Positions 26,660-40,170 of a stretch of 64,000 nucleotides of DNA are shown in pieces. The notes under the pieces were generated by a model, which saw only the letters and a program-made list of their open reading frames with translations, did not search any database and was not told the origin of the DNA. Both the position numbers and the translations under genes were made by a program. The stretch comes from Felis catus (lineage: Eukaryota). Position 1 is the first letter of the stretch, and every line of letters starts with the position of its first letter. The stretch lies in assembly GCF_018350175.1 (NCBI RefSeq), contig NC_058368.1, forward strand, positions 37,388,001-37,452,000, in the 5' to 3' direction.

Positions 26660-26910
26660 AGAGAAATCTAGGTAAGTATACCTAGGTTTGATAAACCTAA
26701 GAGAAGAAGTACATGAAATAGAAAACAAAAAGCAATAAAAATGGAATGTATCAACTAAGTCATATTTGTTTCCTTGAAAAGACTGATAAAAAAGAATCCA
26801 TTTGGCATTCCTGATAATTAAAGAAAGAGGGAAAGGCAAAGAATAAAAGATAACTACATAATATGGAGTATTAAAGAGTAATGAAAGGTACATTAGAGAA
26901 ACTTAAAATA
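26660..26910 (+). mobile_element. Ancient L1 ORF2 remnant
   Basis: A-rich, resembles the ORF2 '[23 protein letters not shown]' coding region (ttccttgaaaagactgataaaaaagaatccatttggcattcctgataattaaagaaagaggg). Confidence 0.5.
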
Positions 26911-27686
26911 TGACCTAAAATTGTATGTCTTATCTGTTGAATCATGAGTTATATTTTCAGTGACAATACGAATGGTCATGATATTAGCCAATTGTTTATT
27001 TTATTTTCAAATGGAAAATGTCATAAATACTTTTGCTTCTCTCAGTGAAAAATATTTTTATGGCTTTGGAAGATGTTCCCCCACAATATAAGGGCATTTT
27101 TCTGAAGCACACATTTGAAAGAAAGAAATTTAATATTTTTACAAATATAGTCAGATGTTGTAGCAAATAAACATATTTCTCCATCACTGCCTGTGAATGA
27201 TTATATTATATCATTCAACAACATATTAAGCCTATACGATAAGCTTGATGTGTTGTGGGAAAGGGAGATGAAAGATTTTATTACAAATTTTTAAGTAAAT
27301 AAAAGCAAATTTTATGGTTTTTTCCCTACTGTTTTCCTTTATTCTTTTCAGAATGATTTACTGGGAACCAACTATATTCCAGGTGCTTTACTACACATTA
27401 GGTTATAATATGAAGAAGATACCTGTGCTTGTGACTTCTACTATTCTCTTCTTCTCAACCCCAAATATGTAGCCTCATGCACGTAGACCGTGATGCAGGC
27501 CCAGATCTATCCTTGGCTAGATAAAGGCAATTATTCAGATACATGAATTAGAATTTTGTGACTTTAGAGCATAACTGTTTGAGTGTAAACAGTAGAGTCT
27601 AGAATATATTCTTTCATTTCTGTCCTGAATTACCTACCTTAAATGTTCTATTGATTGTGCTTGATCTCTTCTATAGTTTTAATCAC

Positions 27687-28210
27687 TGTGTATCAGACCC
27701 CTCTAATGCACCACATCATCAGATCCTCTACATCTTACCTGCTTCCAGGAATTTTTGCCCATTTGTTCCAAGCCAAGTATACAATGTGCTAATGAACTGT
27801 TTGAATCCTGACCAGCTTCCATGGGGGAACCATTCCTGAGCTGGTGTATCTCTCACATCCTGCCCCAGAACTGCCTACTAATGATGAGGCTTGAGATGCC
27901 AGGGGCACCTTTCACGCACAGCCTGAGAATTCAGTCTGTGGAATGACACTGAAAGCAATGGGATCACTGGATCAATTCATCTCCCCTGTTGTCTCAGGAC
28001 TCCTTGAGATGTACTTGGTTGGACCTTTGAGAATGAGCTAGCATTCATGCTTGTTGGCAACCAGTGGTCAGCCCAGTCATAGATGTTTAATTGGTTTGAC
28101 TGATTGACTTCCCTTTTTTCTCCCTTTCCTTCCCTGAGAATTTAGTTCCTAGTAAAGTAGTAGCATACAACCCTTTGCCTCAGTATGAGCTTTCTAGGCA
28201 ATCCAAGAAA
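27687..28210 (+). mobile_element. Solo ERVL LTR (LTR16-like)
   Basis: TG start, about 520 bp, 3' end agtaaagtagtagcatacaaccctttgcctcag...tttctaggcaatccaag typical of the LTR16 group. Confidence 0.65.
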
Positions 28211-28381
28211 TTCTTTCTGCTGATTCTGATACATGGATTTAATCTCTGGAACCTAATAAGTCCCTCCTCGGCCCTTGACCTCATCTGACTATCATTATAG
28301 GTTGAGTTTTCATAAAGTTGTTATGTTTAGGGCCTCTTCTAAAGCCTAGTGCCTAGTATATCCACATGACCTACTGATATA

Positions 28382-28570
28382 ATTTTTTTATTTTATTTTT
28401 ATTCTTGAGAGAGAAGAGAAAGAGAGAGAGCAGGTAAGGGGCAGGGGCGTGGGGAACAGAAAATCTGAAGCTGTCAGTGCAGAGCCAGATGCAGGGCTCA
28501 AACTCACAAACCGTGAGATGATGCCCTGAGCCGAAGTCAGACTTAACCAACTGAGCCACCCACATGCCCC
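28382..28570 (-). mobile_element. CAN-SINE
   Basis: Head, CT tract and tail; TSD ctgatata. Confidence 0.92.
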
Positions 28571-28629
28571 TGATATACATTTAAAGTCCCACAAAAACTA
28601 GCCCTACTCCAGGCTATTACACTGTCATT

Positions 28630-29560
28630 TGGCTTTCAACACAGTCCAACTTCTTGAAGATTCTTTACCACTACCTGCCCTTCTTTAGATTCAACTATGA
28701 CATGTTCCAACACCACCAAACCATTAAAATTGCCCTTATTAATTTCCTCAGTGAGCTCTTTCTCATCACATCCAATGGATACTATTCTGCCCCTTATTTT
28801 GCTTTTCTTCCTCACTTTTAAAAACATTGCTAGTCACTCCCTCTTCCAATAAACACTGTCTTCCCTTGTCTTCTCCAAAACCATGCTATCTGGACTTTTC
28901 TTACCATTCTTTCCCAGATTTTGTTTTGACTCTTCCCTACATACTTATTACTTTGGGGATCTTAATTTTTGTTTTAGTTTTTCCCTTCTCTTCTCCATCC
29001 ACATATGAATCCATGTGATGTTATATAGCCCCTATGATATTTATCTATTTAAAGTTGATTCCCAAATAAATACATAGAGTTTATGTTTCTCTCCTGATTT
29101 CTAAATATGTATACCCAACTATTAGCATCTTTACTTGAAAGGTGTCAAATGGAAACATTTTTGAGTATGTGTAAAAGAGAACTTATCCTCTTTGTCCCCA
29201 AATCTTTCTTTAGTTTTCTTTCACAGTTGATGGTACTACTCTCCATCCAATTAGCCAACCCAGAAACCTAGAAATTATTCTTGTTAATATCCTTTGTCAA
29301 TACTGTCTCAGATTTGGTCAATCACCAAGTAAACTAACTTTGATTTTCTAAAAGTCTTTCAAATATATTATTTCTATTCTCTTCCAAGTTCAAGTTCCTT
29401 GTTATGGCTCACAGAGCCCACCCTTAAACTTCCTCAGTCTCACGTATTGCTACTTCTCGCATACGTGACTCCAGTCATTTAAATATTCTATAAATTCCTT
29501 GGGCGTCCTAGGTTTTGTAGGCATTTCAAATGCTATTTTTTTTTTCGAACTGGAATATTT
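28630..29560. mobile_element. L2 remnant
   Basis: Pyrimidine-rich decayed L2 ORF2/3' motifs (ccacaccaccaaaccatt...; ccagaaacctagaaattattcttg). Confidence 0.6.
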
Positions 29561-30564
29561 ATTCCCTTTCAATCTCTCATCCTTCCACCTTGTCTTGTGG
29601 AATAGAACATCAGAAGTTGGGTAGAAGTGTGCCTCTTCACCACCATTCTCTTGTTTTTTGTTTTCTTAACCTTGGTGGGCTTAACAGTTGAATCTATGGT
29701 TAATCAAGTTTGTGGCTTCTCTTATATCAGGATATTTCTTCATGAGAAATTTATTCCCAGTATTAATCTCTGCCCCTTATTTCCTTCTCACAAACAATTA
29801 AGAGTATTTAATCTTGTTTCCAATGGAGAAAACCTAAAATCAGATCCAGTTACTGAATAAGCCTGAAGACTAAAGTTTAAGTTGATGTCTATTCTTTCAG
29901 TCCTATAGTAATGTTACACTGATATTTTCAATGTAGGAATGAAATAGTACATGCAACAACCACCATATAATGTACATACACAGTAGAGAAGTAAAGTAGA
30001 AAGGTAAAAATGAAAATAAAGTATATTATACAGTAAGCTAGGAAAAAAAGAAGCTCCAGTTATATTTCATTTAACAGTCATAAGTATAGAACTGTGTTTA
30101 TGGCTTCATTCCTCTGCTATACATATTACTGTGCCTTTAACATTCAGTTATATTTTCAGTTGGTGTGTTTCTTTTGCAACCAGGGTAACCTCACACTTTC
30201 ATCTTTGTGTCATCAAGGTTCATTGGACTCAATGTAATGTTGAAGTTTTTTATTGCACAATTCTAATGATTTATAAAGACTGATCTCTTACAACTTTTTT
30301 ATTTTAAAAAACAAAGAGGAATTTTGAAATATTTTGTAATATTTGTATTCTAGGAACTGTTTCAGCATCACTCATCGATTATTATCCCATGCTTAAAAAT
30401 GACCAAAATAATAAGGAAATGGACAAAGAATGGAATCACCCAGAAGGATCATGCAAGGATCATTACTGTTTTATCATCTGTAAGTTTTCTTATTGTATTA
30501 ACAAAGTATTGCATTACTTTTCACAGAGATACAGATTTCATTTTGGAAATTTTAAAAACTTTTC

Positions 30565-30814
30565 AGGTGCCTGGGTGGCTCCATTGGTTGAGCATCTGAC
30601 TTTGGCTCAGGTCATGATCTTACAGTTTGTGAGTTTGGACCCTGGTTGAGTTCTGAGCTTATCACTCAGAGACTGGAGCCTGTTTCAGATTCTGTGTCTC
30701 CCTCTCTCTGCCCTTCCCCTGCTTCTGCTCTGTCTCTCTGTCTCTCTCTGTCTTGGTCTCTCTTTCTCTTTCTCTCTCTCTCTCAAAAATAAGCACTTAA
30801 AATTTTTTTAAAAA
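30565..30814 (+). mobile_element. CAN-SINE
   Basis: TSD taaaaacttttc / taaaaacgtttc. Confidence 0.94.
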
Positions 30815-32817
30815 TAAAAACGTTTCTTACTTTTATTAAATTGTTGAGAATTCAAATTTTTCAAAAAAAAATTCTGCTTGTGATGTTAGTGAAAAATAAA
30901 TGACAAAAGAAGACATTTCACAATCCTGAGATAAATGCAGAGACCCATAGGAGCACTCAGATTCTAAGAATGAGGATGATACTGATTGCATTTTAATAGT
31001 CTTCATATAATGCTCTCCTAAATTGATTTCTCAAATGGGTAAAAGGCTGAGGGATTTTTCTTTCTTTAATCTTCTCTGAGAAATAAGAATGGGGAATGGG
31101 GGGTGTATACATTTTGAGGAAAGTGTGGAATATTTTAAATAGCCACTGAGATGAAAGGGAGAGTAAGATCAACCAAAAGCAACACGGGATTGTTCGTTTT
31201 TTGTCGCTGATCATCAAAGTGTGAGTAGACCTTCCAACCTGTTGTATGCTTTTTTTCCTGCAAAAAATACTATTACAATGATGTCTTTATGCTTATTTTA
31301 CTAATCCTGAGCTCTCAGGTATAGAAAAATGGATTTAGATATCCTCTCCTTACCCATTCTTTACCTCTTCCTAAGAGGAAGCAGGAACATTTGTCTTCTC
31401 ATTCCCAGAAAAGAAAATCTGTTTAGTTCCAAGAGGAAAGTCTCGTTCTAGATTTATAAGGTCCCTCAACCAGGAAGAATAGAGAATTTGGAAGTAGCTT
31501 TTGATGATTTCTTCCAAATTTTTAAGGTACTTGAAAGCTCACATACACAAAACTTTAGGTCTCTCAAACTTTGAGGATCCAGCTTTTCCTGTCTCTGTGC
31601 TGATAAAAACATGAGGAGTTAAGTTATTTCTGTTTCTTAAGTTCTTAGTTCGTTTCCATACATCTTGTACTTTTTGGTAACTAGGAATTTGGAATGTGGA
31701 GCTTTTATCTATAGAATGTGCCTGATGTCTTCAGGTAATCATTAACAAAGTCCATTCTCATTATCAAAAGCGATATCATTGGATCAAATTAAACAGTCAG
31801 CCTAGTAAATTATACAGTCAGCCTAGAATTTTTATGGAATTATAGAATTCTGTAAAATGCTCATGTAAGTGTCAGTTTATCACTAGACAGACACCCTCAT
31901 GATCACTTTAGGCAGAAGAAAATGTAAATTGGGCAAACTATTATGCTTATACAATCAGGATTAACTGATACCTTCTTGGGACAAGTAGTATAATTACCTT
32001 CTTTAGTTCAGATATTTCTATACATGGTTGTAGTGAAGAGCTAACCAATATTTATTGTAGAAGTTGAGAACAGCTGAATGGATTAAATTAGACAATTACC
32101 AGCTGTTACATCAAAAATTGGCTGGAAGTCATAAAAGAACCACTCAAAAGGCCTAAGAGAATTGTAGCACATGGCTAGGCACTCAGGTGTCACCCAGAAA
32201 TGCCATGGCTGTGGTCTTTCTCCATATAAAAAAGAGAGAGAAAGATTTATCAAGTGAATGAATTTGGCAAAATAATATTCAACTTTTATGAGGATTTACA
32301 AACCTCATTTCCGATCCCAGTACTTAGAATCATGGGATTTTGATAATAATCACAATTATTTTGTGCTAACAGCTATATGTAAATTGGATAGCCAGCTTTT
32401 CAAATGCCTTTATGGACTTAAAATACATATAAACTGTATCAACACTCTATTAAAGAGTTACATGAGTATTCTGAACCACTGGTGATAATGTTCTTACATT
32501 TTTGTCATTGATGATTACATTTCTGTATTTCTCTCACTGCTGATTATATCTCTGGGAGTGTTGGTTATTTCTTAGCACCACTGATTACAGAGATGCGGAC
32601 AATTTGAAGTTTCCCCCATTATAATTAGTTCTCCTTTGATGGCATATTTTTCCACTGTCATTGCTTGCATAGTGTGGCACTTGTTGAGATGTAAGTGAAT
32701 AAATTGCTCTTCATAAGGAAATGATCAAGTACTTCCATTTATGATGTAAATAAATAAGTTGTGATATAGGATTTTTGGTCGATCATAGTAATTTATTAAA
32801 TTATATTGATACACTTC

Positions 32818-33034
32818 GGGGGCGTTTAGGTGGTTCAGTGGGTTGAGCGTCTGACTTGAGCTCCAGTCATGATCTCACAGCTTGTGGGTTCAAGCCCCAT
32901 GTCGGGCTCTGCGTTGCTGGGCTCAGAGCCTGGAGCCTACTTCAGGTTCTGTGTCTCTGTCTCTCTCTGCCCCTCCCTGCTCGCACTCTGTCTCTCTCTC
33001 AAAATAAATAAACATAATAAAAAACATTTTTTTA
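32818..33034 (+). mobile_element. CAN-SINE (outer, host of a nested SINE)
   Basis: Degenerate TSD aattatattgatacac / aattatactgatatat encloses both SINEs. Confidence 0.95.
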
Positions 33035-33250
33035 GGGGCGCCTGGGTGGCTCAGTCGGTTGAGCATCTGACTTCAGCTCAGGTCACGATCTCGCGGTCTG
33101 TGAGTTCGAGCCCCACATCGGGGCTCTGGGCTGATGGCTCAGAGCCTGGAGCCTGCTTCCATTCTGTGTCTCCCCCTCTCTCTGCCCCTCCGCCGTTCAT
33201 GCTCTGTCTCTCTCTGTCTCAAAAATAAATAAAACGTTAAAAAAATTAAA
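33035..33250 (+). mobile_element. Felid CAN-SINE nested in the previous SINE's tail
   Basis: CpG-rich copy; TSD aaaaacattttttta / aaaaaccatttttta. Confidence 0.96.
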
Positions 33251-35560
33251 AAAAACCATTTTTTAATTATACTGATATATTTTGAAAGAAAGTTTTAAAT
33301 CTATCAATTATTCCAGTGAGCTTTAAATAGTGACTTCAGCTTTATTATATAATAAACAAGTGTTCCAAGTGTAGGAGGCAGTATTATTTAACTCATTACC
33401 TTATTAATGGGTGCTCCTGTTTAGTCGAGACCAAGATTTAATAAAGGCTTTAAATGTGGGAAAATTTAAAGTGTTCCTTTTAACTTTAGAAATTGTGTGC
33501 TGTTTTCCAGAACCACAATTATTTGATTAAAATGACTGCAACTTGAGTATGCATCAGGGCCAAAAATTAAAATCTGAAAATTTGTCATTTACAAATGAAG
33601 ACTCAACACAATGCAATTTTTGTTCATTGGGACTGTTTATAAGCTGCTGAATAATGGGGTCAATTCTTCTCTCTTTGAAGGGCATGCAAGTTCAACTCTA
33701 TGGGATAATCAACTTCACTATTTTTCTATATTTAGTGTTTCAATTTTCATTCAAAGAAGTCACATTGTTTCTCAGATGGCATGTCTTCGTATAGATGCAT
33801 AACAGTCTATACCAGAATATCAATTAATACAGGAGAGAATTTAGAATAAACTAGATAAAGCATTGACTATGTCCTGGAGAGTTGAGTTAATGAAACTTTC
33901 CTAAAGTTTCTTTATAATAGAAGCATTTTCACTTACATTGAGCTTCACAAGTTGTTTCTTTAGGATAGGATAATATCTGGGTTTTGGTATAAATTCCTAT
34001 TAAGTCACACATATTAAAGCAGAAAGAAGCCCAGTAACTTATGTTGAATTATTTCAGTGAAAAAATCCAAAATATAAAGTAGGTTATTCTCCCTCATTTG
34101 TTTGACAGAGCAAGCTGTCTCTCCCAATTATGTAAAACTAATGTCATGACCCAGGACACATTAAGATGTGTCTAGAAATCTCCAGTTGTAGCTCCAGCTT
34201 TAGCTCTGTAAGGGGAGATAACACAGTCTTCAATTTATAACAGTATAAAACAATAATTAATAGGTTAAAATTTTTGAATTTAATATTTGAGTTAAATATG
34301 AATTTAATATTGAAGTTAAAATCTGAAGTTAATAAAATCTCCCCTATCCTACCTAAGTATCTCATGATATGCCCTCTTCCCCTCAGACTTGTACTTTGCC
34401 CCACTAAGCATCTTGACTCAGGTGTCTGTTCATGATATACACTTATTTATATTCTATTTTTATTCATCTCGTCTCCTACTTCTGCAAGGCATCTCTGACC
34501 ACATATGTCTTCTAATCCCATTGTGTTTTCCATTGTCTTCCAGCATGCTCCTGGAGCCCTGCTAGACATTAAATACTTTCCTTTCTCTTAATTCCACTGC
34601 CCTTAAGTCACTCAGAAGGTTTTCGATGATCTAAAAATGTCCTTTTGCTATAAAAATTGAACATGTAATCATAGAGCAAAGATATGGTAATTTTAATATG
34701 AAAATCCCTTCTCCTGTCTTCATTTTTCTCCACAGTACTCACAATCAACCACCTCATACCATATGTATTTGTTTACTGTCTTCCTTTGTCTATGGGATAT
34801 AAAGCCTCTAAGTGAAGAGATTGTCTGTTTTACTCATTACTGATTCCCCTGAGCCTGTGAGGGTACCTGATGTTACTCCATAAATATTTGCTGATTTACT
34901 GGATGAAAGTCAATAAAATGCCAAGGTATTAGACTAAGGAAGCTTGGTTTAGAGATCAACAAAAAATGCATCACACAGTACTTCATATTTTGGCTTCTGT
35001 CATTAATGGTATCTATCCCAAGGATGATACGACACTTAAATGATTTTAATTACAACTGTAAGTTAGGAGCCTATGATCCCTCTTTATATATAGGTTCTAC
35101 CATATGTTACTTCAGGCATATTTGAATAATTCTTCAAAAATGATTTAGCTATTCTCATCCTGTTATTGACTGTTCAGTGAGGTTATGTGATAAGAGAAAA
35201 GTAATTATTTATATATTAATAATGCTGCTTACATTTATTATTTACTAAAAAGTTTTTTTTTTAATATAAGTATAAGATCCTTTTGAGGGACTAGGTCTAC
35301 TATTCTTACTTTGTTTTGATGCTTAAGCTGCTGATTCTCTGTGAATTTGTGCAGCACAACCCAGGGAAATCTGGCATAATTTATATTATCATGATTGCCC
35401 TTAACTGTGCTTTATTTAGGAGCCAAAGTAAAATATGCTCAAGTAAGTTCATTTTATTTGCAGAATACTAATATTCTTTTCAATAATTCAATTTGTATTG
35501 TATTCAGTATAGGAACATTAAAAAACAGGAAGTCCAAAAACCTTAAGAAGCATTATTTCA

Positions 35561-35783
35561 GGGGCATCTGGGTGGCTTAGTTGGTTGAGCATCTGACTTC
35601 GGCTCAGGTCATGATCTCACGGTCCGTGAGTTCGAGCCCCGCGTCAGGCTCTGTGCTGACCGCTCAGAGCCTGGAGCCTCAGATTCTGTGTCTCCCTCTC
35701 TCTCTGACCCTCCCCCACTCATGCTCTGTCTCTCTCTGTCTCAAAAATAAATAAACGTTAAAAAAAATTTTTTTAATAAAAAA
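35561..35783 (+). mobile_element. CAN-SINE (felid type)
   Basis: Perfect TSD aagaagcattatttca. Confidence 0.96.
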
Positions 35784-36064
35784 AAGAAGCATTATTTCAG
35801 TATAACTGGAATTTATATACATCCTGCCTAATGTCAAAATGGAATCTAGTAACCTTGTGTCCAGTAACTCCCAAGTAACTGTATACATTAATTAAACTTC
35901 TACTTTCTTCCTTGGGATTATCTAGATCGATGTAATTTATTAAACAAGAGCAGTTGATTCGTCATATAACCATTGAGGAGTTCTATAAAATACTCCCTTA
36001 TTGTGATTCTTCCCCTAATTTTCTTAAGGGGATTCACTTAAGGGGACATGAGTGTCATACAATG

Positions 36065-36068
<4 letters not shown>

Positions 36069-36104
<36 letters not shown>
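36069..36104. repeat. (CA)n microsatellite
   Basis: Seen directly. Confidence 0.97.
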
Positions 36105-36108
<4 letters not shown>

Positions 36109-37199
36109 CATACACACATGTAAGACAGTAGGATGCACTTAGACATAAAACTGTAAAGTGGAAATCACAGTGGTCTTCACAGTAAAGAATTATTGAAAGG
36201 TAAAGCTAACAAACTGAAAAACTTGTTTTTGGCTGTCACATTCCCCAACAAAATGGGGATGTGCAATCTTGATCCTGTACATGAATTTTGTGGTTTAAGT
36301 GTGAATTCATCATGAAATAGGTAGTGAGTACTTCATTTTTATTTTTGACTCAAAAGGGAAAACTCAGGTAAGCACATTTGTCAACCACACCTAAGCAGCA
36401 TCTGGGATCCAGGAGTCATCAGTATTAGACTCAAAGGAACCTCATCGGGTCACATTTCAGGAGAAAGCAGCACATGATTGAGGAAAACAGACTACTGTGA
36501 TGAAATTTTATATGCTCATTATCAGTGCTTATTCCCAGCTTCTCAGCACTAAACTACAAAATTCCCAAGTGCCCGAAAGGCAGAATGGAATAGTTGAAAT
36601 ATATGTGAAATTTGAGAGAAACTATACAGTGTAATGACATATAATTGAAGATATATTTACTTTTGAGGGAAAATGAAAGAAAGTGAGAAAAAGGATGGAA
36701 ACAAAAAGAGGTAAGAGAATAAGAGAGACCAGGAATAGTGGTTGAGAAATAGAACATTTAAATTCAAGGGACAATATCAGCATTTTGGAAACTATGAAGT
36801 GTGAGATAAAGCCACGGATATTATGGAGATTGTAATATTCTTGGGGAGATGAGAAAAATTGGAACCAATAGATAGTAGTAAAAGATTTTCTGTCACCACA
36901 TACTAGAATAAAAGCTTCTTCAAGAAGAAATTTTTATCATTTTTGTTTCACTGATGTGTCCTGACTTCCTGCAACAGAGTCTGGCACATAATAGCTCTTA
37001 TTTCTTAAAGAAAGTTCTTGAATGAATTTAACAGATCAGTTCATATAATAAATGAGAGTTTTCGTAGATGCACTAAACTAATTGCTTACTTAATTATATG
37101 GATTCAGTGGTTTCCAAGGAGAGAGAGAGAGATTACCTTGGGGGAATGTATTTTAGATGTATTGGTAGATTTTAGGCTAATAGATTTCAGATACTGAGA

Positions 37200-38500
37200 T
37201 ATGAAGGGTTAGGCATAACTCATTAATTTCTTGTGTGAGCACATTTATTGAGTAATTGTCAGGTGGCCATCAATATAGTAGGTCCTATGGATACAGAGAT
37301 ATCCAGAGATAGGATACAGGCTGCACATAGCCTGTACCCAAAGATAAACGATAAAATAAAAAACAGGACGCACAAACAAATATTTGCAATACAGGAAACA
37401 CAATATGGTAGAGATGCAAGTGTGCGCAGGGCATATGTGTGTGGTGAGCCCTGAAGATATAAAGAAGAATGTCTGGGGGAAGAGGAAACTTGGATGATCC
37501 TGAAAGACTAACGAGTAACAAAAGTAAGGAAAAGAGAGAAGTGCTTTCTAGTCGTCAGAAATGGCTCCTGCAAAACCCTAGTGCTTCTGGGAAAGCAAAA
37601 GTAAGGAGATACTTGTGGAGGAATGGCAGGGCCTTCCCTGCTGAGCTACAGAACTTAGATTTTTATGCCATTGGCTGTGGGAATCATGGAAAGATTCCAT
37701 GCCAGGGCTTATGTGAACAGATTTTTCTAAGAAAGGTCACCAACAGAAAAAGGAACTGGATGTGATCTCTCAGAACATGGGAATGGGTTGAATGCAGTTG
37801 AGAAAGGAGATGGGGAAAGTGTAGTTCTTTAATTCAGGTAAGAAATGGTGAGTGAGGATTTGAACTAACACAGGAGCGGTTGGAGTGAGGTGAGGAGGAT
37901 AACATCAAGAAGAAAATGAATTATCATGGCTGATATTTACTGAGTACTTTTCCGTACACCGTTTTATACTTATCAACTGTTTTAATTTATATAACAACGC
38001 TAAATGATATGTGTAATGAGGTTCATCCCAATTTTATAGATGAGGGATCTCAGAAAGAGTAAGTGATTTGAGGAATATCGCAGTTAGTGCACAGTAAGAA
38101 AGTGGTCGGGACGGAGTTTACACCTGGGAAGTTGGACTCTAGCTAGAATCCTTGTTTTTAGCCACTGTATGATAATGCCGCCAGAGAGACAGAATGTATT
38201 GATGAGGTAGGATCGACATTATTTGCCAATTAAAAAAGATAAATACTTGAGGGGAAAGAAATTTAAGATGATTCCAAAGTTTCTGACTTGGGTTGGAGGT
38301 TAGAGAGTAGAAGACTAATTTCACTGAGAACAGGTTGACTATAAAATGTACATGAGGCACCAAAATGAAATTTGTAGGAATGTGATCTATCGGTATGTAT
38401 CTAGCAGAGAAGTGTGAGCTAGAGATTTAGAAGTTACAATTCCAAAGGCCAGGGCTTTGTGTGTGGCCATTCAGATGGTTGATAGCCTGAGAATGACCCA
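37200..38500. mobile_element. L2 remnant interrupted by a MIR (about 37920-38170)
   Basis: Purine-rich L2 motifs (cacatttattgag...; gatgattccaaagtttctgacttggg) and MIR core (catcccaattttatagatgaggga). Confidence 0.65.
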
Positions 38501-38547
38501 TAACGAATGAGGCTTTCTAGAGCACGCAAAGCACGTAGCCGTTCTCT

Positions 38548-39310
38548 TGGTTAGGATGCTTTGGGCTGCAAATATCTGGAAGCCTCAAATTGGCTCAAAA
38601 ACAAGAAAACAAAGTTCCTCAAATAACAACTTGATAGTTTTCTAGATTGTTGTAATATTTCAATCCTGTCATCAAGGGCTTGGATTTTCTTTTTTTTTTT
38701 TTTCCTAATTATTATTATTTTTTAATGTTTATTTACTTTTGAGAGAGAGAGGGAGGGAGAGTGTGAGCTGGCCAAGGGCAGAAAGAGGGGGACACAGAAT
38801 CCGAAGCAGGCTCTAGGCTCCCAAGTTGTCAGCAAAGAGCCCATCGTGGTGCTTGAACCCACAAACCGTGAGATCATGACTGGAGCCAAAGACAGATGCT
38901 TAACTGACTGAGCCACACAGGTGCCCCCAAGCTTGAATTTTCTTTTATGCCTGTGTTCCACTGTCAGAGTGCTTCTATCATGGTTACAAAATACTGCAAC
39001 AGTGCAGGTATCATATTAAAATAAGGCAAAATCAGGGGGAAGAAAGACATTAATATTTATGACCTCAGGTATGTTTTGAAATTTGATTGAATATGACCAC
39101 AACACATGGCCACCTAAAAATCTGTTATTAGCCAGGAAATGGAAACACTACAATTGGCTCAGTCCACTTAGTGACTACCTCCCTGTCAAGGATGCAGTAA
39201 ATCTCAATAAATGTGGGGAGAGATTAATATCTTAACAAAGTTTAAATTTAATTATCAGGTATGAAGAATGGGAATGATTGTTGTATAAGCAACAAATGTT
39301 TTTTCTACTG
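38548..39310 (-). mobile_element. MaLR LTR (MLT1K/L-like), interrupted by a SINE
   Basis: gttaggatgctttgggctgcaa start and gaagaatgggaatgattgttgtataagcaac end typical of antisense MLT1. Confidence 0.6.
38690..38928 (-). mobile_element. CAN-SINE
   Basis: TSD gcttggattttctttt / gcttgaattttctttt. Confidence 0.95.
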
Positions 39311-39709
39311 CTGAAGAGCAGGCAAAAAAGAAGAAGAAGAGTCAGCATGAAGACAGAGGTAAAAAGAAAATGATAGAATATAATGGTTCAAGGGAAAAGA
39401 ATACTCTCATACAAAGCCTGAAAAAAAGATTAAGATTTTAATTTACACTGAAAAGATGATATATTTTTATTTTCCTTTTCCTTTTCCTTTTCTCTCTTTT
39501 ATTTCTCTCTGTTTTATTTCCTTGAAAAATTATGGTGAAATAAAGTAAAAAGGGAAAGCCTGGTTTGAGGAAGGAATGGAGGTGAAGAATCAAAGAAGAG
39601 TGAAAAATATTCTTTCAGTTTCAGTAAGAAGGAAGAGAGAAATAAGGTGGTGGCTAGATACGTTCTTGAGGTCCTTAGGGAAATCAGTTTCTGATCTCAG
39701 AAGTAGTAT

Positions 39710-39865
39710 AGGTAGTATATATATAGTATATAGTATATAGTATATAGTATATAGTATATAGTATATAGTATATATATAGTATATAGTATATAGTATATAT
39801 ATAATATATAGTATATAATATATAATATATAATATATAATATATAATATATATATAGTAGTATAG
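39710..39865. repeat. (TATAG)n/(TATAA)n compound microsatellite
   Basis: Seen directly; bracketed by a 23-bp direct repeat. Confidence 0.95.
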
Positions 39866-39987
39866 GTTTCTGATCTCAGAAGTAGTATCTATAGCTTCAA
39901 AAATTCAATGATTACTAAAATGTATGTTATATAAAGTGATATTCCCTCAGACTGCAACACAAAAAATGCAACTATTAAGAGTTGGTT

Positions 39988-40170
39988 GGGGTGTCTGGGT
40001 GGGTAAGTCAATTAAACATCTGACTTAGGCTCAAGTCATTATCTCACAATTTGTGAGTCTGAACCCCATGTTGGGCTCTGCACTGATAGTACAGAGCCTG
40101 CTTGGGATTCTCTGTCTCCCTTTCTCTCTGCCCCACCCCCCCTCAAAATACATAACTAAACTTAAAAAAA
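39988..40170 (+). mobile_element. CAN-SINE
   Basis: TSD aagagttggt. Confidence 0.92.

Noticed and set aside
34277..34332. Imperfect ~24-nt repeats (aatttaatattgaagttaaa) as a CRISPR-like or functional array
   Set aside because: Two to three degenerate AT-rich units without unique spacers in a mammalian genome; ordinary slippage.
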